Shown here in pieces: positions 1 through 11,518 of a stretch of 64,000 nt of DNA. Source of the DNA: Clarias gariepinus (Eukaryota). The notes under the pieces are model-generated. The model saw only the letters and a program-made list of their open reading frames with translations. It was not told where the DNA came from and did not search any database. The stretch spans positions 2,316,274-2,380,273 of the forward strand of contig NC_071110.1 of assembly GCF_024256425.1 (NCBI RefSeq), written 5' to 3'. The position numbers and the translations under genes were made by a program. Position 1 is the first letter of the stretch, and every line of letters begins with the position of its first letter.

Positions 1-329
1 TAATCACAAGGTTTATAATAAAGTGCCTTGAAACCTTAAAAGTCAATACAATGACATTTTAAAAGTGCTCTTTTGCCTTCATTTTAGTGCTTTTCTTGAG
101 ACTGATTCTGTCTTTAATAATAGTTCCATTGAGGTGTATTTTATTTTTTAAAAAGGCGGGTAGCAGGGGGTGTAAGAAGGAAGTAACTTGGAGTTAAACA
201 TTAGGAGGTTAAGCTCTCCAACCATATAGGGATGTATGAGGTCCACCTTTTTTGCAAATAGGCTGTTTTTATAGAATAAAATCACTGTCAAAAATAATCA
301 TGCGTAAAAAATAAATAAATAATATAATT

Positions 330-661
330 CTGTTTTTTGTCCGAGTTTGATTCCAAAATCTACGTACTAGCGTACAGGTACGAGATTTTGTGGATGGGGT
401 GCATGCGCCTAATCGATTCCTTTTCCCTCTGATAGTAATGCCTGTGTGTGGCCTTGATGAGGTATATTTGATAGTGGTGTAACACACTACATTCGTGGGT
501 GTAATTTCTCAATTCGTCCGTGTAACAGAGGAGTTGTAAAAACGAGTTTTGTGTCTGTAAACGGTCATATATTTCGGAGTTGTACTGTAACAAACACAAA
601 ATCTCGTATCTGTAAGATTTCATGGCTGTAGATTTTGGAATCCAACTCGGACAAAACACAG
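330..661. mobile_element. Palindromic MITE (Angel-like non-autonomous DNA transposon), ~332 bp, with ~36 bp TIRs ctgttttttgtccgagtt(t/g)gattccaaaatctacg / its reverse complement. It lies in the last intron of finTRIM gene A.
   Basis: Terminal inverted repeats are read directly at 330-365 and 627-661. The internal arms are also mutually complementary (gtacgagattttgtg ... cacaaaatctcgtatc). A second copy at 9831-10175 has identical flanks. Confidence 0.75.
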
Positions 662-1043
662 AATTACACAGAAATCCTTTTTTTCGCACAATTATTTTTG
701 ACAGCGATTTTATTCCATAGTTTCACGTTAATTTTAAGATGAAGAGACAAACCAAAACAACATGCTCTGCATATACCAACTAGTGCAGCTGAATAACATT
801 AAATCATTTTTATTGTATAAAAGCACTAACATTTAAATTTTATTCTTTGCTTGCCAATTAGAGTAAATTAAAAAAGCCCATCGTGTTGGGGAGATGGGGG
901 GATTAGACCTGGCCAGTCTTGATTATTAATTATTGTTACAACCCCCTGTAATTAGGCCTATGGGGGTAATATTTCACAGGTATGGGTCATTTATAAACCA
1001 TTTGTGTTCTTGTTAAGACAATATCTTTCAACTTGTGCTATGT

Positions 1044-1082
<39 letters not shown>

Positions 1083-1636
1083 GCTTTTGTGCTTTTGAAT
1101 GTGTTTTATACGTACACTGCAGAAAATCTTCTCTTTTTGGTTTTGAGAGTACACCCGTCTGAACTGCAGCTGTGGAGACACAGAGACAAAATAAAGACTA
1201 AAAAATAAAATAAAACATTTAGAGCCTCAACCAAGATACTGACAAAAACTTTCCTATCACTGTGCAGCGTTATAAGATTATAAGAATCAGTATCTTTAAA
1301 ATAAACACAACACTTTAATGTGTTAATAACATAATGTGTCTTTTAAATTTCTGCTAGACTTAATGGGGAAAATGTAGGGTTGTGGCTGCTGTTGAGCTAA
1401 GATCAGTTTTTTACTCTTTACTGTTGGATTTTATTTTTTTACTTGACCTCATTTATATAGCATACTTATAAAATTCCTTTAATGATAGTAGAATTAATCT
1501 CAATTTGATGTAACTTCCCAGGTTAATATTCATATATGGTTGTTAAGGTAGTCTTATTTCTGCTGATTTCTCGACTTCTTATTTCTGCCTGTACGTGATG
1601 TCAAACATAAGATTTTAGCTTAACAGGTTCTCTTAC

Positions 1637-1760
1637 CACGTGGATTAATTTTGTTGAATTCTTCCTCAAAGATTTCTTCAATTCGTTTTCTCAGATCTGA
1701 AAGAGATTTCTGCACTCCATCAAATGAGAGATGTTGATTGACAGTAAAGCTGGGTGAGTC
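1637..1760 (-). CDS. finTRIM-like gene A, exon 4 (124 nt, phase 0 in, phase 1 out). It encodes DSPSFTVNQHLSFDGVQKSLSDLRKRIEEIFEEEFNKINPR(G/D).
   Basis: The acceptor is ..ctggatgtgag|GAC and the donor is CGTG|gtaaga. The reading frame is continuous with exon 3, whose donor is phase 0. The equivalent 124-nt exon is found in all four paralogs. Confidence 0.6.
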
Positions 1761-1984
1761 CTCACATCCAGGAGAAACACAGAGAGACGGGAAACTCTAC
1801 AGAGAGGAAACACATCATAGAGAAGGAGAAAAGTGTAGGAGAGGAACGAATGAATCTCAGACTGAATCAGACCAAAGACACACTTGTGATCTCAGACAGG
1901 AACATTTATTGTTGCTGTAATGAGATTTTAGGAGGAAACTTTGTGAGGAACAGCGCCCTCTGTAGATCAGACAGTGAGTGTTAC

Positions 1985-2218
1985 CTGGAGGAAGTGGACA
2001 TCATCTTCTGTTTGTGAAAGCTTCTTCATCTCAGTGACTCTCCTCTTAAGATCAGCAATCTCTTTCTCCAGTGGCTTCAGGAGTCGTTCAGCTCGACTCA
2101 GTTCAGCTTTCTCCTGAGCTCTGATCTTCTCTGTCACCTCCGAGCGCTTTTTCTCCATAAGGCTGATCAGCTCAGTAAAGATCTTCTCATTGTCATCTAC
2201 TGCTGCTCGTGCACGCAT
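1985..2218 (-). CDS. finTRIM-like gene A, exon 3 (234 nt, coiled-coil). It encodes MRARAAVDDNEKIFTELISLMEKKRSEVTEKIRAQEKAELSRAERLLKPLEKEIADLKRRVTEMKKLSQTEDDVHFLQ.
   Basis: The acceptor is tcctaacag|ATG and the donor is CTCCAG|gtaaca. The 234-nt size is typical of a TRIM coiled-coil exon. It matches the six-frame ORF at 1967-2218. Confidence 0.75.
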
Positions 2219-2224
2219 CTGTTA

Positions 2225-2260
<36 letters not shown>

Positions 2261-2361
2261 AGGGGGGGGGGGGGTACCTTTAAGTTTGATAACTTTCTTT
2301 TTCTTGGAAAAGAGGAGAAGAGAAAGTAGGATAGTGTTTTTAAGGAAATCTCTTTTCTTAC

Positions 2362-2457
2362 TTTAATTGAGTCAACAGACTGTTTCAGCTTCTGCATCCT
2401 TTCCATCTTCGTTTGTATCCTCTGCTGGAATTGCAATTGCATTTCCTCTAGCTCAGG
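2362..2457 (-). CDS. finTRIM-like gene A, exon 2 (96 nt). It encodes PELEEMQLQFQQRIQTKMERMQKLKQSVDSIK.
   Basis: The acceptor is tctcag|CCTGAG and the donor is ATTAAA|gtaaga. The exon is exactly 96 nt and phase 0 at both ends, which is the canonical 96-nt exon of B30.2 TRIM genes. Confidence 0.7.
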
Positions 2458-3389
2458 CTGAGATCAAATAAAATATTTTTAATTGTTCCTGTATCAAAAG
2501 CTCAGTGTGTCAATATTATTAGCATTTAAAAATCTTAAATAATTCTTTTGATTGTGTAACGCAGCTTTGTGACAATGACAGTTGTTAAAAGTGCTATACA
2601 AATAAATTTAAATTGAATTTAATTTAATAAAAAAAAAAGAAACTTATTCTACAAACTGTAGGTTAATAGTAAATTATGGTTGCAGGTTAAGGCATACTTT
2701 ATTAATTAATTAATTAATTAATTTGTTTATTTATTCATTTTAAACCTGATTCCTGTAACAATATGACTACTGATATAGTACATTACAGTACATTAAGGTA
2801 GCCCAGAAGTCTCCAAAATCCAATTACATTCATACAAAAAATCTTAGCGTTTACCTGCATGAATAGTGAAACAAATGATATTTGTATGAAAGACCACACA
2901 TAAAGCTGTGTTCTTTTTTTCCCTTCCTAATGAACTTATTTACTAGACATCTCCATCTTACGTTCCTTTATTACTGACAAAGGTTCGACATACTGTAACT
3001 CTCCCCTAACCACATCACATGTAAACCGTTATGCTCATACTGTACTATACATTTTCCTAACTGAAGTTTATAATATAAAGATGTCTAAAATAAAATGTAT
3101 TAGCGTAACAATTCAGAGTTTCTAAAAAATTTACATATTATAAACAAGCAACAAGCTTTAACACACTTTAGTGGTAAAACACTGTTACAATGTTGCTGGG
3201 CTTGGCTGTTTAAAGTGCACTGACAGGTCAGACCTGTTTCACACTTCTTTATAAAAAGCCCTGTGTGTTCTAATAAAATAATAAATAAAAGCCCTCCACA
3301 TTGAATGACTGAATAGAAATTATATTAGAACTCCTGTATTATTTGCATACAATTACTTAAATAAAAGTATAATGACAATAAGTTCTCAC

Positions 3390-3749
3390 CTGTTGTTTAC
3401 TTCTTTCTGCTTCAGCTAAAACTCTATCATGATCTTTATGTTCTCCCATCATACACATGTAACAGATGAAGCTTTGGTCAGTACGACAGTAGATGTCGAT
3501 CAGTTTGTTATGCTGAGAGCAGAATTTCTCTTGGAGCTCACAGGCTTCCATTAATTTGTGCCTCTTAAAGGCAGGAGACTGAAGATGAGGTTTAAGATGG
3601 TGTTCACAATAGGAGGTCTTACAGTCCTCACAGGACTTGACAGCTTTGCGTTTTCTCCCGGTGCAGGAATCACACTCCACATCTCCAGGTCCAGCGTAAC
3701 GATCATCAGGAGAAGCAGTGTGGTCATTAAAAAAACCATCCATTTCCAT
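3390..3749 (-). CDS. finTRIM-like gene A, exon 1. The ATG is at 3749 and the exon encodes B-box1 plus B-box2 only; there is no RING. The peptide begins MEMDGFFNDHTASPDDRYAGPGDVECDSCTGRKRKAV and ends SKQQ|gtgaga.
   Basis: The ORF at 3357-3749 carries B-box Cys/His spacing (CDSC..C..C.....C..H; C..H....C..D...IC..C....H..H). An in-frame TAG lies two codons upstream of the ATG, and the upstream 80 bp has no RING-like coding. The donor is CAACAG|gtgagaac. Confidence 0.75.
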
Positions 3750-3826
3750 GCACTAACACACCGAGAGTAAGAGAAAGAAAGCACACGAATGAGAGAGCTG
3801 GAAAGAGAAAGAGGAACTGTCAGGTA

Positions 3827-3838
3827 AGTTTCGTTTCC
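3827..3838 (-). promoter_or_regulatory. ISRE/IRF-E-like element (sense-strand GGAAACGAAACT) about 80 bp upstream of the gene A ATG. A second GAAAGAGAAAGAGGAA run lies at 3800-3815.
   Basis: Tandem GAAA half-sites can be read directly. The same class of motif sits at a similar distance upstream of all the other TRIM start codons in the window. Confidence 0.45.
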
Positions 3839-3889
3839 TTGAAGGAGCTTAGTTAATGTGGCTGGAAAATTATAGGAAGTGCAGGTGTG

Positions 3890-4200
3890 GCTAGTAGTTC
3901 AGGGATTGAAGAACTAACATATTCAAACATATGCAAATGTAGGCCTGAAAGGTTATTTACAGCTAAAAAGAGTAAAATATTGCCCCTATTAATTTATTAT
4001 TTTAATTTTAAGTAAAAAGGTAACGTTTGGAAACTACTAGGCTGAGAATTGGGCGTGGACACTAGTAGAGTGTAAGTGTTCAGCATGTGATGAGTAAGTT
4101 CAGGTGTACACGCGAAAGAGAGTGCTCCTGGTTTAAAAGTGTTTTCATATAATTATTTTACAGAAATAAATGTGTTGCCCAAGTACGAGCACAGTCTCAT
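3890..4200. repeat. Dispersed repeat of about 310 bp (gcaaatgtaggcctgaaaggttatttacag ... gtgttttcatataattattttacag). A second copy lies at 46470-46800.
   Basis: Near-identical blocks are read at both locations. Confidence 0.6.
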
Positions 4201-7099
4201 TCTTAAAAGTGTAACAAAAAGAAAAATACAGTTTAAAGTACTTATTTTTCATTAACACTATCAATTAATAACAAAAACTGAAGTTTCTTACCTGCTCCAA
4301 ATTTTTTGTTGACCACTTGACCAAACTGTTAGGCCTAGTCAATTCTTTTTATCTTTATTTGTTTGGTAAGTTTATATTTCTTCATAGATCTGCGAGCTGG
4401 GAGCCTGGAAACTAAAAGTCTCTTTCTGACACTTTGAGCTTGCAACAACTCCTTGAATTCCCCGCAGCTCTTTGTCCAATATCTTGCCAGTTTTTTTGCT
4501 TGAGTATGTTTGGGCATGTCAGGGAACTTGTTTGTTCTATGAATTAATTAAATCCTTAAAAAAATGCCAAAGAAATTTCCTGTTAGAACATTTTTCTCAT
4601 ATAAAATGTGGCATAATTTTACAGTTTTGGCCAACAATGTACATATTAATAAATTTATAAAGTGATGTCATTGCTGCATACCTTTTATCTTTGGTCATTT
4701 TTTTCTTTCCTTAATTTGTTTTAAACTAATTATAATTTAATTTAAACCAACACCTAATGGCTTTGAGTTTTTTTTTATTTTTTTTTATTCCATGTCCTCA
4801 GGACATTACCCACCTCTCCCCAATTAAGAGAGAAGATTAAACCCCTGCATCTTGGGGATGTGTATGTAGACTGGTTATATATAATTCTAAACGATTTCAC
4901 ACAAAACAGAAACATTAATTATGCCAGTAAAACTATACAGTACAGTTTATATTTACAGCTTATGAATGAACTGTGGTTTATTTTGTAGCAATTTGTAATA
5001 TAAAAGTGTTTGATACATTATGCCATGTGTTTAAAAAGGTTATACTTAAAATAATAAGTAAAGTACCTGTAACTCTAATAGCTCCATAAGCACAACACTT
5101 GAGTTCATCACATTCTCCTCTTCTGTACAGGGAAATGATCAGGGTCCTTAAAGTAATCAGACATGGGGCGCATTTAAAGCTAACTTAAGCTAACCTGTAT
5201 ATCCTACACCATCTTATACATGCATTTAAAATGTCACCATAAGATGCACATACAATTACAGGAGATGCTCTCAATCTTAATAACGTTAGTATTTAATATT
5301 ATCTTACAGGTCGCTCGCAGGCTCTCTGCTGGACCAGACTCCACATTGTCCAGTTCAGGTGATAAAGGTAGATGGTGTCGTGAGACACTGAATACTATTT
5401 ATTTTTATTATTATTTATCTTTTCGTATTCCTCACTTCAGTATCACACCATGTGTTGTGTATGGCTTGAGCCACACTCTGTTCAGCTCTTCAGCATTGCT
5501 TAATATTGCTGCATGGATACTTACGTAAATATCTACATTTTTATGTATAGTGTCCGATTGTCTTTAGACGGATGTTTTCCGTCTGCCTGAATTTTGAGCA
5601 AACACTGTACTTCAGCATACTGTAACTTCACAGAGATTCTTTAGCAGCCACATTTGTTTGGTTACGAAATCAAACAGTAATTGTGTCATTTCCTGTTTTG
5701 AGTATGAGTGTGTACACATGTCCCACCTACATTGCTTGGGAATGCATTAATCATTCAAGTGTGTTGTAGTGTAGTAATGTTTAAAGGGATGATTAACACA
5801 CTGTCCCCCCCACACACTGTGTACACTATCAGTTTAACATTCAACACTCTGTGCTCTGAGTTTGTCACCTCATCACTTTGTAAATGTGCAGTTTGGTGCA
5901 AATTCACTTTAACATACTGAACATTTACAAGTACACACTACACAATTGCACCTTAAGCATGATCCTATAAGAAACATGGACTAAAAACATCTCTGTATGT
6001 TTAATTTTATTAGGAATGTCAGTAGGTATGAATTTGTATGATTTGCTAATTAGACTCAACCCTATCTTCCTGCTTTTCCAAACATCTGGCTATATTTTAC
6101 CTACGTTTTCTAAGTTATATTAGGATTTTGGTCATAAACACTTTAATTAACTATGCCCTGTTGTTGCACAACGTCAAAGCAATAAATGTAGAAACTTTAT
6201 AGGTATTAGAAAATTTATTAAGAATAAAGCTCCTCACCAAGCATTTTAACTTTAATTCAATTTTGTAATACCTAATTACACAATGAACACTTAAAAAGTA
6301 TTGGTTGGGTATGTGTAATGGCTGATTTCTCTTTTAAAGCCTCAGCAAAGGTGGATAAAAACACAATACATCATAATGCATCAGGATGACTGACTTCACT
6401 TGATAATTTTTTTTAAATCATTAATTATACATGCAGTAACACATCCAAGGAATTTTCTAGATGTAATCTAGAAAACAAAAAAGATTCAACCACCATCAGT
6501 AGTACAGAAAGACACAGCATTTATGATTTATTATTTCTCAAGAAAAAGTATTTTTCCAAAGCCAAAACAGAATTTTAGAGACATTGTGCACATTTTCAAT
6601 CAGTATAAAAAATTAAATATGACATCTAATTTTTAATTTCAATATGCACTTTTATTTACATTTTATTTATACTAAGTATGATTAATGATGATGATGATGA
6701 TAAAAGAAAAACAGTCACTGTACTGCTGCTTCCAGTGAAGTCTGCATGTTTTTATTATACTGTACATTATACATTACAGTACTGTATGTTTTATATACAT
6801 TTTTATGCATCAAAACTTTTTGCAAAACAGTGACCACAGTGACGACTACACTGTGTGCACAACTGTTAGGCAAGTTGTATTTTTTATGATTGATCTAATT
6901 ATTACAACTACAGAATATTAATCAACCCAAAATATTAATAAACCTCAAACCTGAATATTTAAGGAAGTAAAAGTAATTTCTTAGGAGACTATTCATGTGT
7001 GGCAACTATTAGAATTACTATACAACTAAATGAATGAATAAAAATTTCCTATATCATGTTTATTTTTATATATAAAAAAAGTAAGAAAAATAAACAAAT

Positions 7100-7900
7100 A
7101 CCTAAAAATTTGCAAATAAACATATTTGGCATGGAAAAAAAATATTGACCAATATAGCCACCCTTCTTTTCAATAACAGTCATAAGCCTTCCATTAATGA
7201 AGTTTTTTATTTTTTTTTACTTGTTGTGCAGCAGCATCCACAGCCTCCCATTTATCAGAGAGGTGTACTGTTTATCCTCATCGTAAATCTCCCATTTTAA
7301 AAGGGCCCACAAGTTTTCAATAGGGTAAAGGTCAGGTGAGGAAGGGGGCCATGTCATTTTTCTTTTATCTTTAAGGCCTTTACTGGCTAGGCATGCAGTG
7401 AATTACTTTAATGCATGCGAGGGGGTATTTCTTGGCCCAGTCCTAATGTTACAACTTATGTGTCTTGTTCTGTGGTGGTCGGGTTTCAGCCTTCCTTACC
7501 TGGCCATGTCTCTGAGCACTGAACACTTCTGGGTACGATAGGTACGTTGCAGTTCTGGAATATGACAGCACTGGAGGATAATGGGTTCCTGGTAGCTTCA
7601 CTTTTAATTCTTCTCAAATCTTTCGCAGTTAATTTGTGTCTTTTTTTTCACAACATGTTACTTGCAACCCTGTTGACTATTTGCAACGTTTGATGATTTT
7701 GTGATCACACCCCAATATCTTAGCAATTTAAAGAGTGCTGCATCCCTCTTAAGACTTTTTACCTTTTTTTTTTTTTTTTACTTTTCAGAATCAATTAAAT
7801 CTCTTCTTTTGGTCCATTTTGCCTGAGGAAGCCAACACCCTCCCTCATTACAGATATACACATCATCTGATATGTTTAAATTTAATAAGCATTCGAGTTT
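7100..7900 (-). mobile_element. Degraded Tc1/mariner-like transposon remnant (transposase C-terminal end).
   Basis: The reverse-complement translation of 7140-7330 gives ..SPDLNPIENLWALLKWEIYDEDKQYTSL.., which is the characteristic C-terminal motif of Tc1 transposases. There is no intact ORF. Confidence 0.5.
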
Positions 7901-8439
7901 ACACAGATTGGAGTTAGAAAATATGCATAAAAATTATGATTTGGTCAAAATACTTACTTGCCTAATAATTGTGCATACATACGTTTTGACAGAATCACAA
8001 CAGAAACTACAAAACCACATTTACTTCTGCGTTAAAGTAAAGAAGTGAGACCCAGAACGTTATTTTACGCATGTCGTGATCAGTGATGTTCGATCAGTGG
8101 ATTAAGCATAACACGGCTATCCTTTAAGGCAATAATGAGAAGATTTTGATGGATACATGACACCACAGCAAACCCCCTATTGTTTTAGAGGTAAAAATCA
8201 GTGTGTGTTTTGTTTGAGTTTTGTTTTATGGATCTTTTTTAGGTGGAATAGCAAAAAAATGACTTGACATTTCATCTAAATAATGAAAAAGAAATTGCAA
8301 AGCATTACCTTTCATTCAAGACCAAGATTATTACTATATCTGAAGGGGTTTTAAAGTAAGAAGGTTTTTTCAACATGTTGTACAGTATTGGTATACAAAT
8401 TTTACTTTTGAGGTCTCCAATTGATGCTATAAAAAATAC

Positions 8440-8690
8440 TATTTTTATTTTCATTCATTCATTTTTAATACCGCTTATCCTGTACAGGGTTGCTGGGGGC
8501 ATGGCGCCTTTGAGCTGAGACAGGGTGCCAATCTATCACAGACACACAATCTCACACGTTCATTCACTCACTACATGTAGCTTGGGAACGCCAGTTAGTC
8601 TAGTCTGCATGTCTTTGGACTCCCCAAGCAGGGGCAGAACATGCAAACTCCATGCACACAGACCCCGAGGCAAGAAACAAAATATAAATT
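8440..8690. repeat. DANA-like SINE-related dispersed repeat (..ataccgcttatcctgtacagggttgctggggg ... catgtctttggac ... aacatgcaaactccatgcacacag..).
   Basis: The same element family recurs at 37730-37830, 49110-49380 and 54720-55060. Confidence 0.6.
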
Positions 8691-8790
8691 AAAATTTTTA
8701 TTTGTCACGTACACAGTCATACACAGTACGATATGCAGTGAAATTTTTCGACTGCCAGTGACCTTAAAATAAAAGCTTAAACATAAGAAA
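8690..8790 (-). mobile_element. Solo 3' terminal fragment of an L2-like LINE (..tttatttgtcacgtacacagtcatacacagtacgatatgcagtgaaat..).
   Basis: The same approximately 100 bp terminal sequence bounds the LINE copies at 22175 and 59320. Confidence 0.55.
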
Positions 8791-9113
8791 TAAATGAGTT
8801 ATGACCAATAAATCTGACCAAACCTGACTTTATGTACAGTAAAAGAAAAAAATCTATTGTATATATATTTTTATATGATCAGTTTAGAGGTGTATGAGTG
8901 AGACAGATATAAAATACTTCATTCTAGCTTCTGTTACTCTGTGTCAGTAATTCATACAATTATTATTTTAAATGAGACCATGATGATAAATAGTGCAAAG
9001 AATGTGGGAACTGTGCTCTTTTTACTTACTGGTTATACCATTTCTTTTTTTTTTTAAATTAAAAAGAAGTGACATTTAACAGGTTAAATCTAGGTTTAAG
9101 TCTTCTTCATTTA

Positions 9114-9682
9114 CATGGAAGATGAATCGTCACTATCTTCGACATTTAATTTTGGATCACATAAACTTATATTTGAGTAAAAATAACGTATCCTGAACCC
9201 AGCGTACAGAGGCTGAGTGAATGTGGTGTGGACACTGTGGAGGAGACTCATCGTGTCAGAGACGCTGTAGAAGGACAGAGTTCCTGCACTGTGATCCACA
9301 TACACTCCTATACTGAACAGTGATCCTTGTGAAACAGTGAGTTTTATTTCAGTGTTGTCATGCCAGAAAGATAGAGACTTAAGATAACACTGCAGATTCC
9401 AGGAATGACTGTTGCGTCCAAACACACACTCGTCACCCTCTCCTTTCCTGCTGATATTTTTATATGAGACTGATACGTCCACACCCATACCCTTATACTC
9501 TACCTCCCAGTAACAGCGTCCACACACACTCTCTCGACACAACACCTGAAGCGAGGAGTCAAACCTCTCTGGATGCTGACAGTATTGTTGTGCTTCCTTA
9601 ACCCGTGTCACTGCTCTGCTCCTCTCAGACAGAATGAGCTGGTCATGTGCTGTGTTGGGATCCAGAGTCAGATAACGAAAAT
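9114..9682 (-). CDS. finTRIM-like gene B, terminal B30.2 (PRY/SPRY) exon. It encodes (D)FRYLTLDPNTAHDQLILSERSRAVTRVKEAQQYCQHPERFDS...LDPNTAH...WEVEY...GVYVDHSAGTLSFY...PLYAGF... and the stop codon is at 9111-9113.
   Basis: The acceptor is cgctttag|ATTTTCG and is phase 1, completing the GAT (D) codon with the G from exon 4. The LDP, WEVE and the C-terminal AGTLSFY/PLYAGF motifs are typical of B30.2 domains. Confidence 0.8.
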
Positions 9683-9830
9683 CTAAAGCGATAAAATGTT
9701 CACAGGCTAGATATTAATCACAAGGTTTATAATAAAGTGCCTTGAAACCTTAAAAGTCACCACAATGACATTTTAAAGATGCTTCTTGGCCTTCATTTTA
9801 GTGCTTTTTTTAAAACTTTTCTTAAAAATT

Positions 9831-10175
9831 CTGTTTTTTGTCCGAGTTGGATTCCAAAATCTACGGCCACAAAAGCGTACAGGTACGAGATTTTGTGGAT
9901 GGGGTGCATGCGCCTAATCAATTCCTTTTCCCTCTGATAGTAATGCCTGTGCATGTGACCTTGATGAGGTATATTTGATAGTGGTGTAACACAGTACATT
10001 CGTGGGTGTAATTTTGTAATTCGTCCGTGTAACAGAGGAGTTGTACAGTACAAATGAGTTTTGTGTCTGTAAACGGTCGTATGTTTTAGAATTGTACTGT
10101 AACAAACACACAAAATCTCGTATCTGTAAGATTTCATGACTGTAGATTTTGGAATCCAACTCGGACAAAACACAG
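9831..10175. mobile_element. Second copy of the palindromic MITE (345 bp), in the last intron of gene B.
   Basis: The TIRs read ctgttttttgtccgagttggattccaaaatctacgg at 9831-9866 and ctgtagattttggaatccaactcggacaaaacacag at 10140-10175. Confidence 0.75.
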
Positions 10176-10551
10176 AATTACACAGAAATCCTTTTTTTCG
10201 CACAATTATTTTTGACAGCAATTTTATTTCATAGTTTCACATTAATTTTGAAGAGACAAACCAAAACAACATGCTCTGCATATACCAACTAGTGCAGCTG
10301 AATAACATTAAATCATTCTTATTGTATAAAAGCACTAACATTTAAATTTTATTCTTTGCTTGCCTATTAGAGTGAATCAAAAAAGCCAATCGTGTTGGGG
10401 AGATGGGGGGATTAGACCTGGCCAGTCTTGATTATTAATTATTGTTACAACCCCCTATAATTAGGCCTATGGGGGTAATATTTCACAGGTATGGGTCATT
10501 TATAAACCATTTGTGTTCTTGTTAAGACAATATCTTTCAACTGGTGCTATG

Positions 10552-10552
10552 T

Positions 10553-10611
<59 letters not shown>

Positions 10612-10612
10612 G
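10552..10612. repeat. (TG)n microsatellite. Similar tracts lie at 1041-1080, 2221-2262, 11763-11790, 35788-35822, 36425-36470, 37277-37312, 52432-52492, 54250-54305, 55413-55452 and 55538-55566.
   Basis: Direct reading. Confidence 0.95.
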
Positions 10613-11170
10613 CTTTTGTGCTTTTGTATGTGTTTTATACGTACACTGCAGAAAATCTTCTCTTTTTGGTTTTGAGAGTACACCCGTCTGAACTGCAGCT
10701 GTGGAGACACAGAGACAAAATGAAGACTGAAAAATAAAAGAAAACATTTAGAGCCTCAACCAAGATACTGACAAAAACTTTCCTATCACTGTGCAGCGTT
10801 ATAAGATTATAAGAATCAGTATCTTTAAAATAAACACAACACTTTAATGTGTTAATAACATATTGTGTCTTTTAAATTTCTGCTAGACTTAATGGGGAAA
10901 ATGTAGGGTTGTGGCTGCTGTTGAGCTAAGATCAGTTTTTTACTCTTTACTGTTGGATTTTATTTATTTTTTTTACTTGACCTCATTTATATAGCATATT
11001 TATAAAATTCCTTTAATGATAGTAAAATTAATCTCAATTTGATGTAACTTCCCAGGTTAATATTCATATATGGTTGTTAAGGTAGTCTTATTTCTGCTGA
11101 TTTCTCGACTTCTTATTTCTGCCTGTACGTGATGTCAAACACAAGATTTTAGCTTAACAGGTTCTCTTAC

Positions 11171-11294
11171 CACGTGGATTAATTTTGTTGAATTCCTCCT
11201 CAAAGATTTCTTCAATTCGTTTTTTCAGATCTGAGAGAGATTTTTGCACTCCATCAAATGTGAGATGTTGATTGACAGTGAAGCTGGGTGAGTC
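11171..11294 (-). CDS. finTRIM-like gene B, exon 4 (124 nt).
   Basis: It is homologous to gene A exon 4 and has the same splice junctions. Confidence 0.6.
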
Positions 11295-11518
11295 CTCACA
11301 TCCAGGAGAAACACAGAGAGACGGGAAACTCTACAGAGAGGAAACTCATCATAGAGAAGGAGAAAAGTGTAGGAGAGGAACGAATGAATCTCAGACTGAA
11401 TCAGACCAAAGACACACTTGTGATCTCAGACAGGAACATTTATTGTTGCTGTAATGAGCTTTTAGGAGGAAACTTTGTGAGGAACAGCGCCCTCTGTAGA
11501 TCAGACAGTGAGTGTTAC

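Noticed and set aside
1738-2017. Plus-strand ORFs of 60 and 87 aa that recur almost identically at 11272, 36793 and 53676
   Set aside because: They lie antisense across TRIM intron 3 and exon 3. Their identity is a by-product of the ultraconserved tract. Their composition is low-complexity (E/K/R/T-rich) with no recognisable domain, so they are not called as genes.
3817-3832. The plus-strand sequence CAG|GTAAGTT looks like a strong splice donor
   Set aside because: No plus-strand exon precedes it. On the gene's own minus strand it forms the GGAAACGAAACTTAC ISRE-like motif in the 5' region.
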